IMG/VR virus record: IMGVR_UViG_3300043137_000281
From: a virus
Length of the DNA: 64,000 nt
Reading direction: 5' to 3' (one strand)
A program made the position numbers and the translations under genes. Under the pieces are notes generated by a model. It was not told where the DNA came from, ran no database searches, and was given only the letters and a program-made list of their open reading frames with translations. Shown one piece after another: positions 9,596-18,090 of the stretch. Numbering within the stretch: the stretch's first letter is position 1; each line of letters starts with the position of its first letter.

Positions 9596-9820
9596 TTACT
9601 TTCTGTATTGTTTAACGATAGAAGCATCAACTAACTTCCACAGAATTTGCTCAATCATATTGGCTTCTTCATCCATATCCATAGCAAAGAGGGCATTCTG
9701 TAGCATACCTACTGAACCATCTACGAGCGCGTCGAAGTAGGGCGTATCAGCCTGCAACGCTTCTTCAAGTGTAGTCACGGGTGCAAACGGAGTGCCATCA
9801 ATCTTAGTAACGTTATTCAT
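9596..9820 (-). CDS. Hypothetical small protein
   Basis: ORF 74 aa, tightly packed. Confidence 0.35.
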   Translation of the reverse strand: MNNVTKIDGTPFAPVTTLEEALQADTPYFDALVDGSVGMLQNALFAMDMDEEANMIEQILWKLVDASIVKQYRK

Positions 9821-10062
9821 TATATTACCTCATCTATTTAGGTGCCAAATCTGGCCGGAAAAATTTTTTGGGTGCCAGGAAATAAAAATTGCGGTGCGTG
9901 GCGGTGCGTGGCAGCTTTTTTTGGTCCACAGGAAGACCTTTCAAAGCTCTAGTGTGTGCTAAACCCCCGGTCCACCACCAACCGTGTGGAGATTTTCTAT
10001 ATGGCTTTCCTGGCTCTAAGTCTGTGCAACCACTACGGACTACAACCTATACCAACTACAAC
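9821..10062. promoter_or_regulatory. About 240-bp repeat-containing intergenic region (candidate regulatory region or origin)
   Basis: Tandem GCGGTGCGTG x2. Direct repeats GGTGCCA(AATCTGG)/(GGAAATA). A/T runs (AAAAATTTTTT, AAAAATT, TTTTTTT). No convincing ORF. Confidence 0.3.
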
Positions 10063-10287
10063 TCACTTCATGGCCCTACGGAGCCGTGCCATATCTTTGT
10101 CCATAAAGTCACCATCGGCTGCCCACTGACGGAACGCTACACATTCTAGTCCCTTAGCGCCACACTCTTCCATCATAGGACATCCATCACAGGGTACATC
10201 CCGTGCGGACTCTGGTGTTCCAGTATCCAATAGAGCATTCCGTGAAGGTTCATGTTGATAATACTGATCAAAACCTATCATATCCAT
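10063..10287 (-). CDS. Cys-rich small protein
   Basis: CDGCPMMEECGAKGLEC motif. Confidence 0.35.
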   Translation of the reverse strand: MDMIGFDQYYQHEPSRNALLDTGTPESARDVPCDGCPMMEECGAKGLECVAFRQWAADGDFMDKDMARLRRAMK

Positions 10288-10299
10288 AATATAATTCCT

Positions 10300-10509
10300 T
10301 TAAACACCAAAGTCATCGATGATTTGCTCTACAGCGATCTCAATAATCTTCTCGAAATCATCATCTGGATGAAGCGAGTGATCGATGGAGACATCATTGT
10401 AGATTTCACTACAGGCTTGTTCAGCCAGCTTACCATGATTACCACTAATGCATTCATAAAAATACTCATAGGGGTCTTCATGAGCGGCGATTTGTTCAAA
10501 TAAATTCAT
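10300..10509 (-). CDS. Small acidic protein
   Basis: 69 aa, D/E-rich. Confidence 0.35.
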   Translation of the reverse strand: MNLFEQIAAHEDPYEYFYECISGNHGKLAEQACSEIYNDVSIDHSLHPDDDFEKIIEIAVEQIIDDFGV

Positions 10510-10521
10510 AATGTAATTCCT

Positions 10522-10854
10522 TTAGAGATAACGTGGGCCAGTCCACTGGATGCTATACCCACCGTCTACGATGTTACCACGTGCTTTGTTCTTCGTAGGT
10601 GCATTCCAACCGGCGGCTTTGAGGATATCACCCTTACGGAAACCCTTAGCGCAATCTTCTTTCTGAATGAAACCCCACACGCTGTTCTGTGTCACGATGC
10701 GGATATACTTACGGCCTTCTTCGACCCGGATACCCTCTACGAACTCGTCATACATACGGTCGTTGATCTCGCTGCGTGGCTTACCACTGCATGTCTGCCA
10801 TGCGCGGTAATCGGCGTTGATGTCTTGGATTAGCTGTTCAATCTGGTTCTGCAT
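10522..10854 (-). CDS. Hypothetical protein
   Basis: Preceded by a conserved promoter-leader cassette (10855-10920). Confidence 0.5.
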   Translation of the reverse strand: MQNQIEQLIQDINADYRAWQTCSGKPRSEINDRMYDEFVEGIRVEEGRKYIRIVTQNSVWGFIQKEDCAKGFRKGDILKAAGWNAPTKNKARGNIVDGGYSIQWTGPRYL

Positions 10855-10920
10855 GATTCGTTCTCTTTCTTCTGACTACTATTTCACTATACACGATTCG
10901 CAGGGAATGTCAAGCGGTAA
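10855..10920 (-). promoter_or_regulatory. Conserved promoter (TTGACA-17-TATAWT) plus 30-nt leader cassette, copy 1
   Basis: rc: CCGCTTGACATTCCCTGCGAATCGTGTATAGTGAAATAGTAGTCAGAAGAAAGAGAACGAATCATG. Confidence 0.55.
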
Positions 10921-11074
10921 TTCGCATTGGATTACCATGTGGTGTAATTAGTTCGGTATACCGTATGCCCGTTTGGACACGCATGTAATTCCAGAACTTA
11001 CGAGCATCTTCGAAAGATTCGAACATCTTTGTCTTGAGGGCGTAGTTATAATAGCGATACTGGACTTTATACAT
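10912..11074 (-). CDS. Hypothetical small protein (54 aa, MYKVQYRYYNYALKTKMFE...)
   Basis: Hand-translated. The start ATG overlaps the stop of the upstream micro-ORF (ATAATG). Its stop codon lies inside the -35 TTGACA of the next promoter cassette. Confidence 0.3.
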
Positions 11075-11175
11075 TATACAATCTCCGCAGGGACGAGTTC
11101 ATAACCAGCAACAAGGTCTTCACGAACAATCTGGAACATCACGAAGGCGACAACGGCAAGAGCAAACAACCACAT
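11074..11175 (-). CDS. Micro-ORF, 33 aa membrane peptide (MWLFALAVVAFVMFQIVRED...)
   Basis: Starts exactly at the conserved leader ...GTGATTCGAAAATG. Confidence 0.3.
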   Translation of the reverse strand: MWLFALAVVAFVMFQIVREDLVAGYELVPAEIV

Positions 11176-11236
11176 TTTCGAATCACTTTCTTCTCACTGA
11201 CTACTTACTCAATATAGCAGATTCGTCAGTAATGTC
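11176..11236 (-). promoter_or_regulatory. Promoter-leader cassette, copy 2
   Basis: rc: GGTTGACATTACTGACGAATCTGCTATATTGAGTAAGTAGTCAGTGAGAAGAAAGTGATTCGAAAATG. Confidence 0.55.
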
Positions 11237-11404
11237 AACCATTCATTTCGCTGTGCCTTAGTGATTGATTCAATAGAGTTATTCTTTAGTCGCTACACTC
11301 CTTTATAACATGGTCCAGCTGATTCGTCAAGAGTTTTATACAAAAAAGGTCCCCGAGTCGAAACCCGAGGACCTAAGTGTGACCTAGCGAAAGGAAAGTA
11401 AAAC

Positions 11405-11581
11405 TAGGTCATAATGAAACGCGGTGGCATAGCCCGTGGCATACGCCTGTTGATATAGGTAGTGGCATATTGCTCTACGGCCTGCTTGGTACCACGTCGG
11501 TCCGCTACCCAGGAACCGTCAACGTATAGGTCCAGCAGGTAGGTGCCGGGCTTTATCTTCGTAATGGTATAGTCTCGCATG
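11405..11581 (-). CDS. Hypothetical small protein (58 aa)
   Basis: Hand-translated. RBS GGAG 7 nt upstream. Clean sigma70-type promoter TTGACA-17-TATATT at about 11610-11645 (minus strand). Confidence 0.3.
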
Positions 11582-11609
11582 GTAGTTCTCCAGTGTGATT
11601 CGTATTATC

Positions 11610-11645
11610 TATAATATAACACAGACGGACCATGGTGTCAAGATA
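11610..11645 (-). promoter_or_regulatory. Sigma70-type promoter (different class) for the small ORF at 11405..11581
   Basis: rc: TTGACA-CCATGGTCCGTCTGTGT-TATATT. Confidence 0.4.
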
Positions 11646-11826
11646 AAAAACACCGTGGGTGGTCCAAGGAAAACTTTTTTGCCAAAGCATTTATCTCAGC
11701 CTATGGACGTAAGGTTTCTCTCTTTATCCGTGGTCTAGTTCATGGACACTGGATTGCGAATAATATACTAATAGTTAGAGGTTATTGCTAACCTTTATGT
11801 GGGATTTACTAGGGGTTCACCCAGGT

Positions 11827-12024
11827 TCACCAACTTATCCAAGTCAACGTGGTTAGAATAGCCCCTACCGCTGCTGCATTGAGGAGTGTTACCTTTGTTA
11901 TTGCGTTCTTCTTGATATCATTCACTACAATAGCGACATTTAATACCAATAGGATTATACCAATTGCTGTCATAATCATACTAGGATAACCAATACAACG
12001 ATGATTGCTACTACTAATGACCAT
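11827..12024 (-). CDS. Small membrane protein
   Basis: 65 aa, two hydrophobic helices. Confidence 0.3.
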   Translation of the reverse strand: MVISSSNHRCIGYPSMIMTAIGIILLVLNVAIVVNDIKKNAITKVTLLNAAAVGAILTTLTWISW

Positions 12025-12301
12025 TCTATTGGTCCATAGCTACTGATATTCTCTCTTATATACTGTATCATACTGGTATCTCTTTATACAAAAATAATGA
12101 AAATTTGTTCATTTCGGAGCCTGAGTGTTTGAAAACTTTATCGGCGGTTGAGCCACGCGGCTGCGCAACGGTTGAGCGTCTCGGTGCTGTCGTCCAGTCT
12201 TAGTAGCCGTTTTATCCTACGTGGGTTCATCGGTACTGGGTTGGTATAGTCTGTTGCTCGGTATACCTCTCCTAGGAGGATATTGACCATGGACTCTCTA
12301 C

Positions 12302-12535
12302 TCATAGTATCTTCTCGGCTTCTACATACCATTGGTATCGTTCGGGATAGGTGGCTAGATAGTAGGCTTCGGCCTTTGCGAAAGTCTCGAATACACCTAC
12401 CATATTGTCCATACCAGACGAATCATCTGACCCGTAGTTTACATATAACAGATATACCATCATTGTGCTATTCCTAATGCGTTGCGCATTTTCTTCTGAG
12501 CATCTTCCACACCTTGCTGGTATGCTGCTTCCCAT
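12302..12535 (-). CDS. Hypothetical protein
   Basis: ORF 77 aa. Confidence 0.35.
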   Translation of the reverse strand: MGSSIPARCGRCSEENAQRIRNSTMMVYLLYVNYGSDDSSGMDNMVGVFETFAKAEAYYLATYPERYQWYVEAEKIL

Positions 12536-12678
12536 ATCTTCTGTGTGTAAATATGAAGGGTTGTGGCTACATGCTCGGGATTATCTAATGGATATAGGAC
12601 CAGACCACCGCCTAATACTACAGACTTATCATGTGGTGTGGGACAATACCCTGCGAAATATTTTATTGGTTTGTTCAT
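12460..12678 (-). CDS. Hypothetical protein
   Basis: ORF 72 aa. Confidence 0.35.
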   Translation of the reverse strand: MNKPIKYFAGYCPTPHDKSVVLGGGLVLYPLDNPEHVATTLHIYTQKIWEAAYQQGVEDAQKKMRNALGIAQ

Positions 12679-12696
12679 AGTTCATCTCGGCCGGGG

Positions 12697-12879
12697 TTAG
12701 TAGTTTATGACTTGCTTACAAGCATCTTCATATGACAGGTCAACATCGATTACTGTTCCATCTACTAGATTTACATATACCTTCTCTGGCCATGGGCCTG
12801 TAGTGTATGTTACACTGATAACATGATTAACATTGATGTAATGCTTCTGTCCAGATCTTGCTGTAAACTCAACGAACAT
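12697..12879 (-). CDS. Hypothetical protein
   Basis: ORF 60 aa. Confidence 0.3.
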   Translation of the reverse strand: MFVEFTARSGQKHYINVNHVISVTYTTGPWPEKVYVNLVDGTVIDVDLSYEDACKQVINY

Positions 12880-13267
12880 TTAGATAACCCTTCCAGTTCT
12901 CTGGGAATGAACAGTTGATTGCACCTTTGAACATGGGTGCGACATCCTCGTCTTTATTGCCTGCTAGACCACAACCTACACGGGTCACGAAGAACTCCAT
13001 GTCTGGGTTCTCTAGCGTGAATAGGACAAATGTCTCCACATGGCTTCGGACTTCTTCTAGTGATAGACATTCGAAATTTGCAGTCTTGGTCGGGATTGCA
13101 TATGAATTACCTACCAGACCTTCGCCTTGGCCGAGCAATGCGCCGTACCGAAGTCTTGCTTCCAATGCAGCACCAGCACCATGCTTACCGCCTAAGTTAG
13201 AGCCGAATACGAATATGCGGCCGTCTTTGGGTGTGGTCTTGTCAACGTGGAATATCATTGTTTCCAC
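12869..13267 (-). CDS. Hypothetical protein with motif VFGSNLGGKHGAGAALEARLRYG
   Basis: ORF 132 aa, Gly-rich motif. Family not recognised. Confidence 0.45.
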   Translation of the reverse strand: METMIFHVDKTTPKDGRIFVFGSNLGGKHGAGAALEARLRYGALLGQGEGLVGNSYAIPTKTANFECLSLEEVRSHVETFVLFTLENPDMEFFVTRVGCGLAGNKDEDVAPMFKGAINCSFPENWKGYLNVR

Positions 13268-13461
13268 CTATCCTTATATTCAAGATAGTTCAATATGCCG
13301 CTATACAAGCAATATAATGCTCCGCCCACCAGCACCAACAATATTACCAGCGGAAACCTTGCGATGAGAACCGTCAAGATAGCCACGGAGATTGGTATTG
13401 CTAAGGTGATTAGCCAGGCTTTAAGTTTGATATTCATTTGCTTTCCTCTTTGGTGTTCCAC
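13255..13461 (-). CDS. Small membrane protein
   Basis: 68 aa, two TM helices. Confidence 0.35.
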   Translation of the reverse strand: MEHQRGKQMNIKLKAWLITLAIPISVAILTVLIARFPLVILLVLVGGALYCLYSGILNYLEYKDRWKQ

Positions 13462-13664
13462 TTGAAATGGTTGCGAGTATAGACGATGGCGAGTGCAATA
13501 CTCATAGGGATTAGACCCCAGGCTTGGCTAGCGATTATCCATGTTACCCATAGGACTTGATTGACAAGCCCGACTGCCCATGCGGACTGATTGTTGTTAC
13601 CAGCTAGGAGCGTCATCCAGATGGTCATGCAAGACATCAGCCACGGGAGGTATGTTACTATCAT
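13434..13664 (-). CDS. Small membrane protein
   Basis: 76 aa, Trp-rich TM helices. Confidence 0.35.
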   Translation of the reverse strand: MIVTYLPWLMSCMTIWMTLLAGNNNQSAWAVGLVNQVLWVTWIIASQAWGLIPMSIALAIVYTRNHFKWNTKEESK

Positions 13665-14119
13665 GCGGTTTCATCCAGTCTCTGCCGAATTTCAAGGTAA
13701 AACTGATTGTATTTGGCCAACCGAGCGATATCCTTTTCAGTGATGCCCTTGAGGCGACGGATATCGGTGTTGTGGCGCAAGTCTGCCATCTTAACACGCA
13801 TAGCATCAAGATTGGCAAATACCTCTAGCTTATACTCATCGTAGGACTGACCGGGCATCTTGGTCAACACTCGAACGGCACTGATAACACGACTGGTGCA
13901 ACCAATCTCACGCAGGTCTTCCCATGTGGTGTTGGTGTCTTCGATAACGTCATGAAGCAATGCGATGCACTGGAGTTCTTCGTCTGTTGTCTTGAGGTAA
14001 TGCATCACCTTCAATGGGTGAAGAATGTATGGGTTACCGCCGCGGTCAAACTGACCTGCATGGGCATTCGTGGCTAGGACGAGGACTTTACCGAGTAGTT
14101 CACCTTTTTTCATAATCAA
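13661..14119 (-). CDS. HD-domain (p)ppGpp hydrolase (small alarmone hydrolase, RelA/SpoT HD family)
   Basis: HAGQFDRGGNPYILHPLKV...LHDVIEDT is the diagnostic HD motif of the SpoT/Mesh1 hydrolase domain. Confidence 0.65.
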   Translation of the reverse strand: MIMKKGELLGKVLVLATNAHAGQFDRGGNPYILHPLKVMHYLKTTDEELQCIALLHDVIEDTNTTWEDLREIGCTSRVISAVRVLTKMPGQSYDEYKLEVFANLDAMRVKMADLRHNTDIRRLKGITEKDIARLAKYNQFYLEIRQRLDETA

Positions 14120-14182
14120 TCTCTTTCTCTATATTCTTATAGTAGACGATTCGAGACCAAATGTCAAGTGATTCTTACGCCG
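14120..14182 (-). promoter_or_regulatory. Promoter-leader cassette (variant leader), copy 3
   Basis: rc: CACTTGACATTTGGTCTCGAATCGTCTACTATAAGAATATAGAGAAAGAGATTGATTATG. Confidence 0.5.
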
Positions 14183-14282
14183 AACCACCATAAATCTACA
14201 CGGAAGAACCAGCGCCCGTTGTGCTTACCAAAGCCTATACGGAGCATACGGTTGTCGGTGTCAAGCGATATCTGGGTCAAGG

Positions 14283-15713
14283 TCATCCAAACATCACATA
14301 TAAGTTGTTGACGAATAAAAACTGCGTCGATTGTTGAGCATTGACTTGTGAGTATATAATGTCCAAATGCCCGTCGGAGTTCAAATCAAGCATACCCAAC
14401 GCTCTATCGGCAGAATCAAACGGAAACTTATATTCCGCCACAAATAGTTTACCCTTATCATTAAGTATAATTTTGCTGTCTGTGCCGAGGCTTATCAGGT
14501 CAGCAAAGCCATCATTGTTTACATCGTCAACATACAAATCTCTATTCCAGACAGTTCCGCTTACAACAACAGTCTGGTCCAACTGATAGCTACCAGAAGC
14601 ATTCTGCTTTAGAACATCGATTTGGTCTTGCTTATAGTAATTTGTTGATGCGACGGTGGTAGAATGGAGAATAATCTCGTTCTTGCCGTCATTGTCCAAG
14701 TCCGCAATATCTACAGAAGTTACCGAGCGGTTTGCATCATCGTTCAGGTATAGGTTCTGTTTGACAACAAATTTACTGCCGTCCCATGATAGTAACTCAC
14801 TGCCGTTACCAAATCCGGTTAGTATAAGATCAATCTTACCGTCTTTGTTCACATCACTCAGGTGTGACCCAGTATAGTTGAGGCCCTTGGCATTGACTTG
14901 GCTACTCGGAAATTTGCCAGGTAGACCAGATAGCAGATTAAAATTCTGAGTGAAATTGCCCTTACCATCATTGATTAGAAAATACGGGTCAATCGGATTC
15001 GGTTTACCAATATTGCCGACAAAAATATCAATATCGCCATCACTATCAATATCAGCCACAGTGGCGGAATGAGTGAAGTCTAATACAGCAGGCAATTTAC
15101 CGGCTACGAAACCACCGCCTGCTGTGCCGAATAAAAGACTGTTTTGACCACCGGGAAATGGGGAGGCATCATAGCCATGGTCGGCAATGAAAACGTCTTG
15201 AATGCCATCCCCGTTGAAGTCTGCCACAACAGCGCCGTCTGTACCTGCACCAGGATATGATACTTTGGCTGCGGAAGGCACAGGTGTTGCGCTCAATCCA
15301 TTCAGCCGATACGAAAATTCAGATAGGTATACGTCTGTATTCTTTCCGACCAATGTGGGGTCAGCATTCACCGCATGTGATGGATAAAATATAGGAAGAA
15401 CTGACAATATGCCGTTTGCAAAATAGAAACCACCATTCAGACTGAAATTCAAGGTCGCTAGGTCGAAAGTCGGCGTCATTTTCTGATTGATAGAAATGCC
15501 AGCAATCTGTTGAGGTGCCGAGAATGCCGAGGTGGCATTCGGTATAGCCACTGTTGTAGGAGGAGGTGTGGTAGGAGCAGGCGCAAAGGCTGGTACCGTT
15601 ATGATGGGAGGCGCTGAGGTACTACCTTCACCACCACAACCAGACAGCAATAGAGCACCCGCAATTACGCCGCCATACCCGAAGGTGCGAAAATCAGTAT
15701 CAAAAATCATCAC
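14283..15713 (-). CDS. FG-GAP/VCBS-repeat lipoprotein (beta-propeller, integrin-alpha-like)
   Basis: Lipoprotein signal ...LLSGC. At least 6 repeats of DxNxDGxxD: DFNGDGIQDVFIAD, DIDSDGDIDIFVGN, DVNKDGKIDLIL, DLDNDGKNEIILHS, DVNNDGFADLISL, DLNSDGHLDIIY. Confidence 0.65.
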   Translation of the reverse strand: MMIFDTDFRTFGYGGVIAGALLLSGCGGEGSTSAPPIITVPAFAPAPTTPPPTTVAIPNATSAFSAPQQIAGISINQKMTPTFDLATLNFSLNGGFYFANGILSVLPIFYPSHAVNADPTLVGKNTDVYLSEFSYRLNGLSATPVPSAAKVSYPGAGTDGAVVADFNGDGIQDVFIADHGYDASPFPGGQNSLLFGTAGGGFVAGKLPAVLDFTHSATVADIDSDGDIDIFVGNIGKPNPIDPYFLINDGKGNFTQNFNLLSGLPGKFPSSQVNAKGLNYTGSHLSDVNKDGKIDLILTGFGNGSELLSWDGSKFVVKQNLYLNDDANRSVTSVDIADLDNDGKNEIILHSTTVASTNYYKQDQIDVLKQNASGSYQLDQTVVVSGTVWNRDLYVDDVNNDGFADLISLGTDSKIILNDKGKLFVAEYKFPFDSADRALGMLDLNSDGHLDIIYSQVNAQQSTQFLFVNNLYVMFG

Positions 15714-15964
15714 AAATCCATATCAATTCTTACACGTTCTACCTGTTCCCATTCGGTGGGATTGGATACCACCTGACCATACTGGTCATAGTGCCACATG
15801 CGGTATTGGAGTTCTGTCTTGACAAGACGGAGACCCTTGGTGTATTCTACCACTCTAATCTCCATCTTCTCAGGCAGAGGGACGTTGATAGGCGGCAGGG
15901 GAGGAATGGTCGGCTGTGTGACCGCCACTGACCGTGGATTCATCATCATAGTTGCGTTACTCAT
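15710..15964 (-). CDS. Hypothetical protein
   Basis: ORF 84 aa. Confidence 0.4.
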   Translation of the reverse strand: MSNATMMMNPRSVAVTQPTIPPLPPINVPLPEKMEIRVVEYTKGLRLVKTELQYRMWHYDQYGQVVSNPTEWEQVERVRIDMDL

Positions 15965-16122
15965 CGGTCAGCCTTTCTATCTCATTGATGGCCCGTTGCA
16001 ATGACTGCAACTCGGCACCCATATCCATTACACCATGGGCATCACGGTTCTGGAGGAATACCTCTGCCATGTCCCAGCACTTGGCTTCACGCCAGCGGAG
16101 GTTGTCGATGGCTTCCTGTTCT

Positions 16123-16512
16123 CTAGTCAGCATCCCAGTCCTCATACATCTCGGTGATACCCCACATCTCGTTCATATCTTCTGGGATATTGGACAGGTC
16201 GTCCGGGTCAACATCATAGGATTCTTCTTCGCCGTTTATATATTGGCCGACGAAGGACGACTCAAAATAGTGTGCGTTGACGGTGAATCCTAGCTGCATG
16301 AGGTCGTCATAGAATGCGATGGGTGGCGACCACGCGGTCTCAAAGGCTACGCAAAGCACCTCGGGCATATAGCGGTCGATTACCTCACCATTGGAGATAT
16401 CCCACTTGGTACCCCAAGATTCAACGGCATCATCATATTTCCATTCAGTGAGAGGAACAAACGTCTGGAACAGATTGCTCTCCCGGACAGCTTGTTCAAA
16501 CTTGTCAATCAT
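16123..16512 (-). CDS. Acidic hypothetical protein
   Basis: ORF 129 aa, D/E-rich. Confidence 0.4.
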   Translation of the reverse strand: MIDKFEQAVRESNLFQTFVPLTEWKYDDAVESWGTKWDISNGEVIDRYMPEVLCVAFETAWSPPIAFYDDLMQLGFTVNAHYFESSFVGQYINGEEESYDVDPDDLSNIPEDMNEMWGITEMYEDWDAD

Positions 16513-16657
16513 TGCGGGGTCCGCATGTTCGACGGTAACAGTATTTGAACACCAATTTGGAATGACACTTCTCCTTCAAAAATAATAGATTTTAGACTAA
16601 CTATTTCAGTATAACAGAATAAACGTTATGTAAATACCTGAAGGCCTTTAGCCATAA

Positions 16658-16876
16658 TCAAACTCCTTCTTTCATCCACTTGGCCATCCGGGCCCGTTCA
16701 CCAATCTCTTTCCGCACTTCTGGAAAACGTGCCATCATAGCGAGAAGGGTGGACTCGTAGTATCCTGCTTTATAGGACATAAAAGACTCGGAGGGAACAT
16801 TGGCGCCCTCGATAAGAGCCGAAAGCATTTCGGCATCGGTCATTTCAGTAACATCAATCATAACAAAACTCCTCAA
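16658..16876 (-). CDS. Hypothetical protein
   Basis: ORF 72 aa. Confidence 0.35.
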   Translation of the reverse strand: MRSFVMIDVTEMTDAEMLSALIEGANVPSESFMSYKAGYYESTLLAMMARFPEVRKEIGERARMAKWMKEGV

Positions 16877-17048
16877 TCAAAAAAATTGCCAGCGGCCCAG
16901 TAGAAATCACAATCGGAGGAAACCTTGGGCATCCAGGCACCTTGGGGCAGGCTTCCGAACTGCTTGTTGGCTTCTGTCATGGCGGCTAGCACCTTTGGTG
17001 CCTCGACCACAATCTTCTTACCGTTTGCTTCGAACCGGAACTTCTTCA
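16872..17048 (-). CDS. Hypothetical small protein (58 aa, MKKFRFEANGKKIVVEAPK...)
   Basis: Hand-translated. Starts at the conserved leader ...GATTCGTTATG. Confidence 0.3.
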
Positions 17049-17117
17049 TAACGAATCACTTTCTTCTCACTGACTACTATCTAACAGTAGCAGGTTTTAC
17101 CAGAATGTCAACCCCTA
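17049..17117 (-). promoter_or_regulatory. Promoter-leader cassette, copy 4
   Basis: rc: GGGTTGACATTCTGGTAAAACCTGCTACTGTTAGATAGTAGTCAGTGAGAAGAAAGTGATTCGTTATG. Confidence 0.55.
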
Positions 17118-17119
17118 AA

Positions 17120-17356
17120 TTAATAGAGGTTGCGAATATCTTCCATGTTGAAGAGGGCCTGACGAACGGCAATCTTAGCAATAGAAAACTGGTGAGCAGG
17201 AGCATCGCTGGCTTTGGGGTAATATTCCATCAGGATGTTGTTCACGCAGGCGTTGATATCGCTGCTTCCAATCTCTTCGGCGTCATCAAACATCCACAGG
17301 ACATGCTCGGCTACAACGCGGTCAAACTTCGCTACGTTTTCTAGGATATCAATCAT
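17120..17356 (-). CDS. Hypothetical protein
   Basis: ORF 78 aa downstream of a promoter-leader cassette. Confidence 0.4.
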   Translation of the reverse strand: MIDILENVAKFDRVVAEHVLWMFDDAEEIGSSDINACVNNILMEYYPKASDAPAHQFSIAKIAVRQALFNMEDIRNLY

Positions 17357-17427
17357 TTCGAATCACTCTCTTTCTTCTCACTACTATCTAACAATAGCAG
17401 ATTCGCAGGAGAAGTCAAGCGATTCGT
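17357..17427 (-). promoter_or_regulatory. Promoter-leader cassette, copy 5
   Basis: Contains aatgtcaagcg (-35 on the minus strand) ... tagcagattcg ... gaatcactctctttcttctcactact. Confidence 0.55.
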
Positions 17428-17607
17428 TTGGTCAAATGGCGATTTCTGCTAAGATTTCTTGATACATTCCGTTCACATCGGATTCGGGTAGGAGTTCCAA
17501 TGATGCTTCGATTTGACGAATGACAAACGCATCCACTTCGGTCTGGGTCATGCCTTGGTAGATATCACCCGCGATTGCGGTAATCTTCATTTCTTGTGTA
17601 ATTTCGG

Positions 17608-18090
17608 TCATCGCTTGTTCTTTCGTTGTTGTTCAATAAAGTCTTTGTTGCCTACCCAGGTATAGGCTTTGAAGCGCATGGAGTTGTCTGCCAGGTCATG
17701 CTGTTTCGTAAACACGATATGTCCGTCGTCCATCATCTGTTGTGCCAACTTGGCGGCAAGTTCCCGCTTGACATGTAAATTCAGTTCTACCTCTGGCATA
17801 CCAGATGCCTTTATCCAATGCATGTCATACTTCATGGTATAATCTAGCAATTCTCCTGGACTTTGAGTATAGGTATTCGTGGCCGCGGTGATAGAACCAC
17901 TAGAGAGGCTATCGACTGGAATTGCAACACTATTCCAATCAAGAGGATTCCAAGGGGAAGCACCGCCGGCGTCACTTGGAAGTGACGCACTATCCCAATC
18001 ATTAGGCTTCCAAGTATTGCTTGCGGCCTTGTATACCGTTCCAATAAGAGTTTTATTTAAAATCGATGCATAATCGTCATCATCACCCAT
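17608..18090 (-). CDS. Hypothetical protein
   Basis: ORF 160 aa with N-terminal acidic run. Confidence 0.4.
   Translation of the reverse strand: MGDDDDYASILNKTLIGTVYKAASNTWKPNDWDSASLPSDAGGASPWNPLDWNSVAIPVDSLSSGSITAATNTYTQSPGELLDYTMKYDMHWIKASGMPEVELNLHVKRELAAKLAQQMMDDGHIVFTKQHDLADNSMRFKAYTWVGNKDFIEQQRKNKR

Noticed and set aside
11345-11385. GGTCC...GGACC hairpin followed by T-run on the minus strand as an intrinsic terminator
   Set aside because: The stem is only about 5 bp with a 17-nt interior that does not pair well. This is too weak to call.
12915-13367. 150-aa plus-strand ORF
   Set aside because: It is antisense to 12869..13267 and 13255..13461 and has a Pro/Ser/Arg-rich shadow-frame composition.
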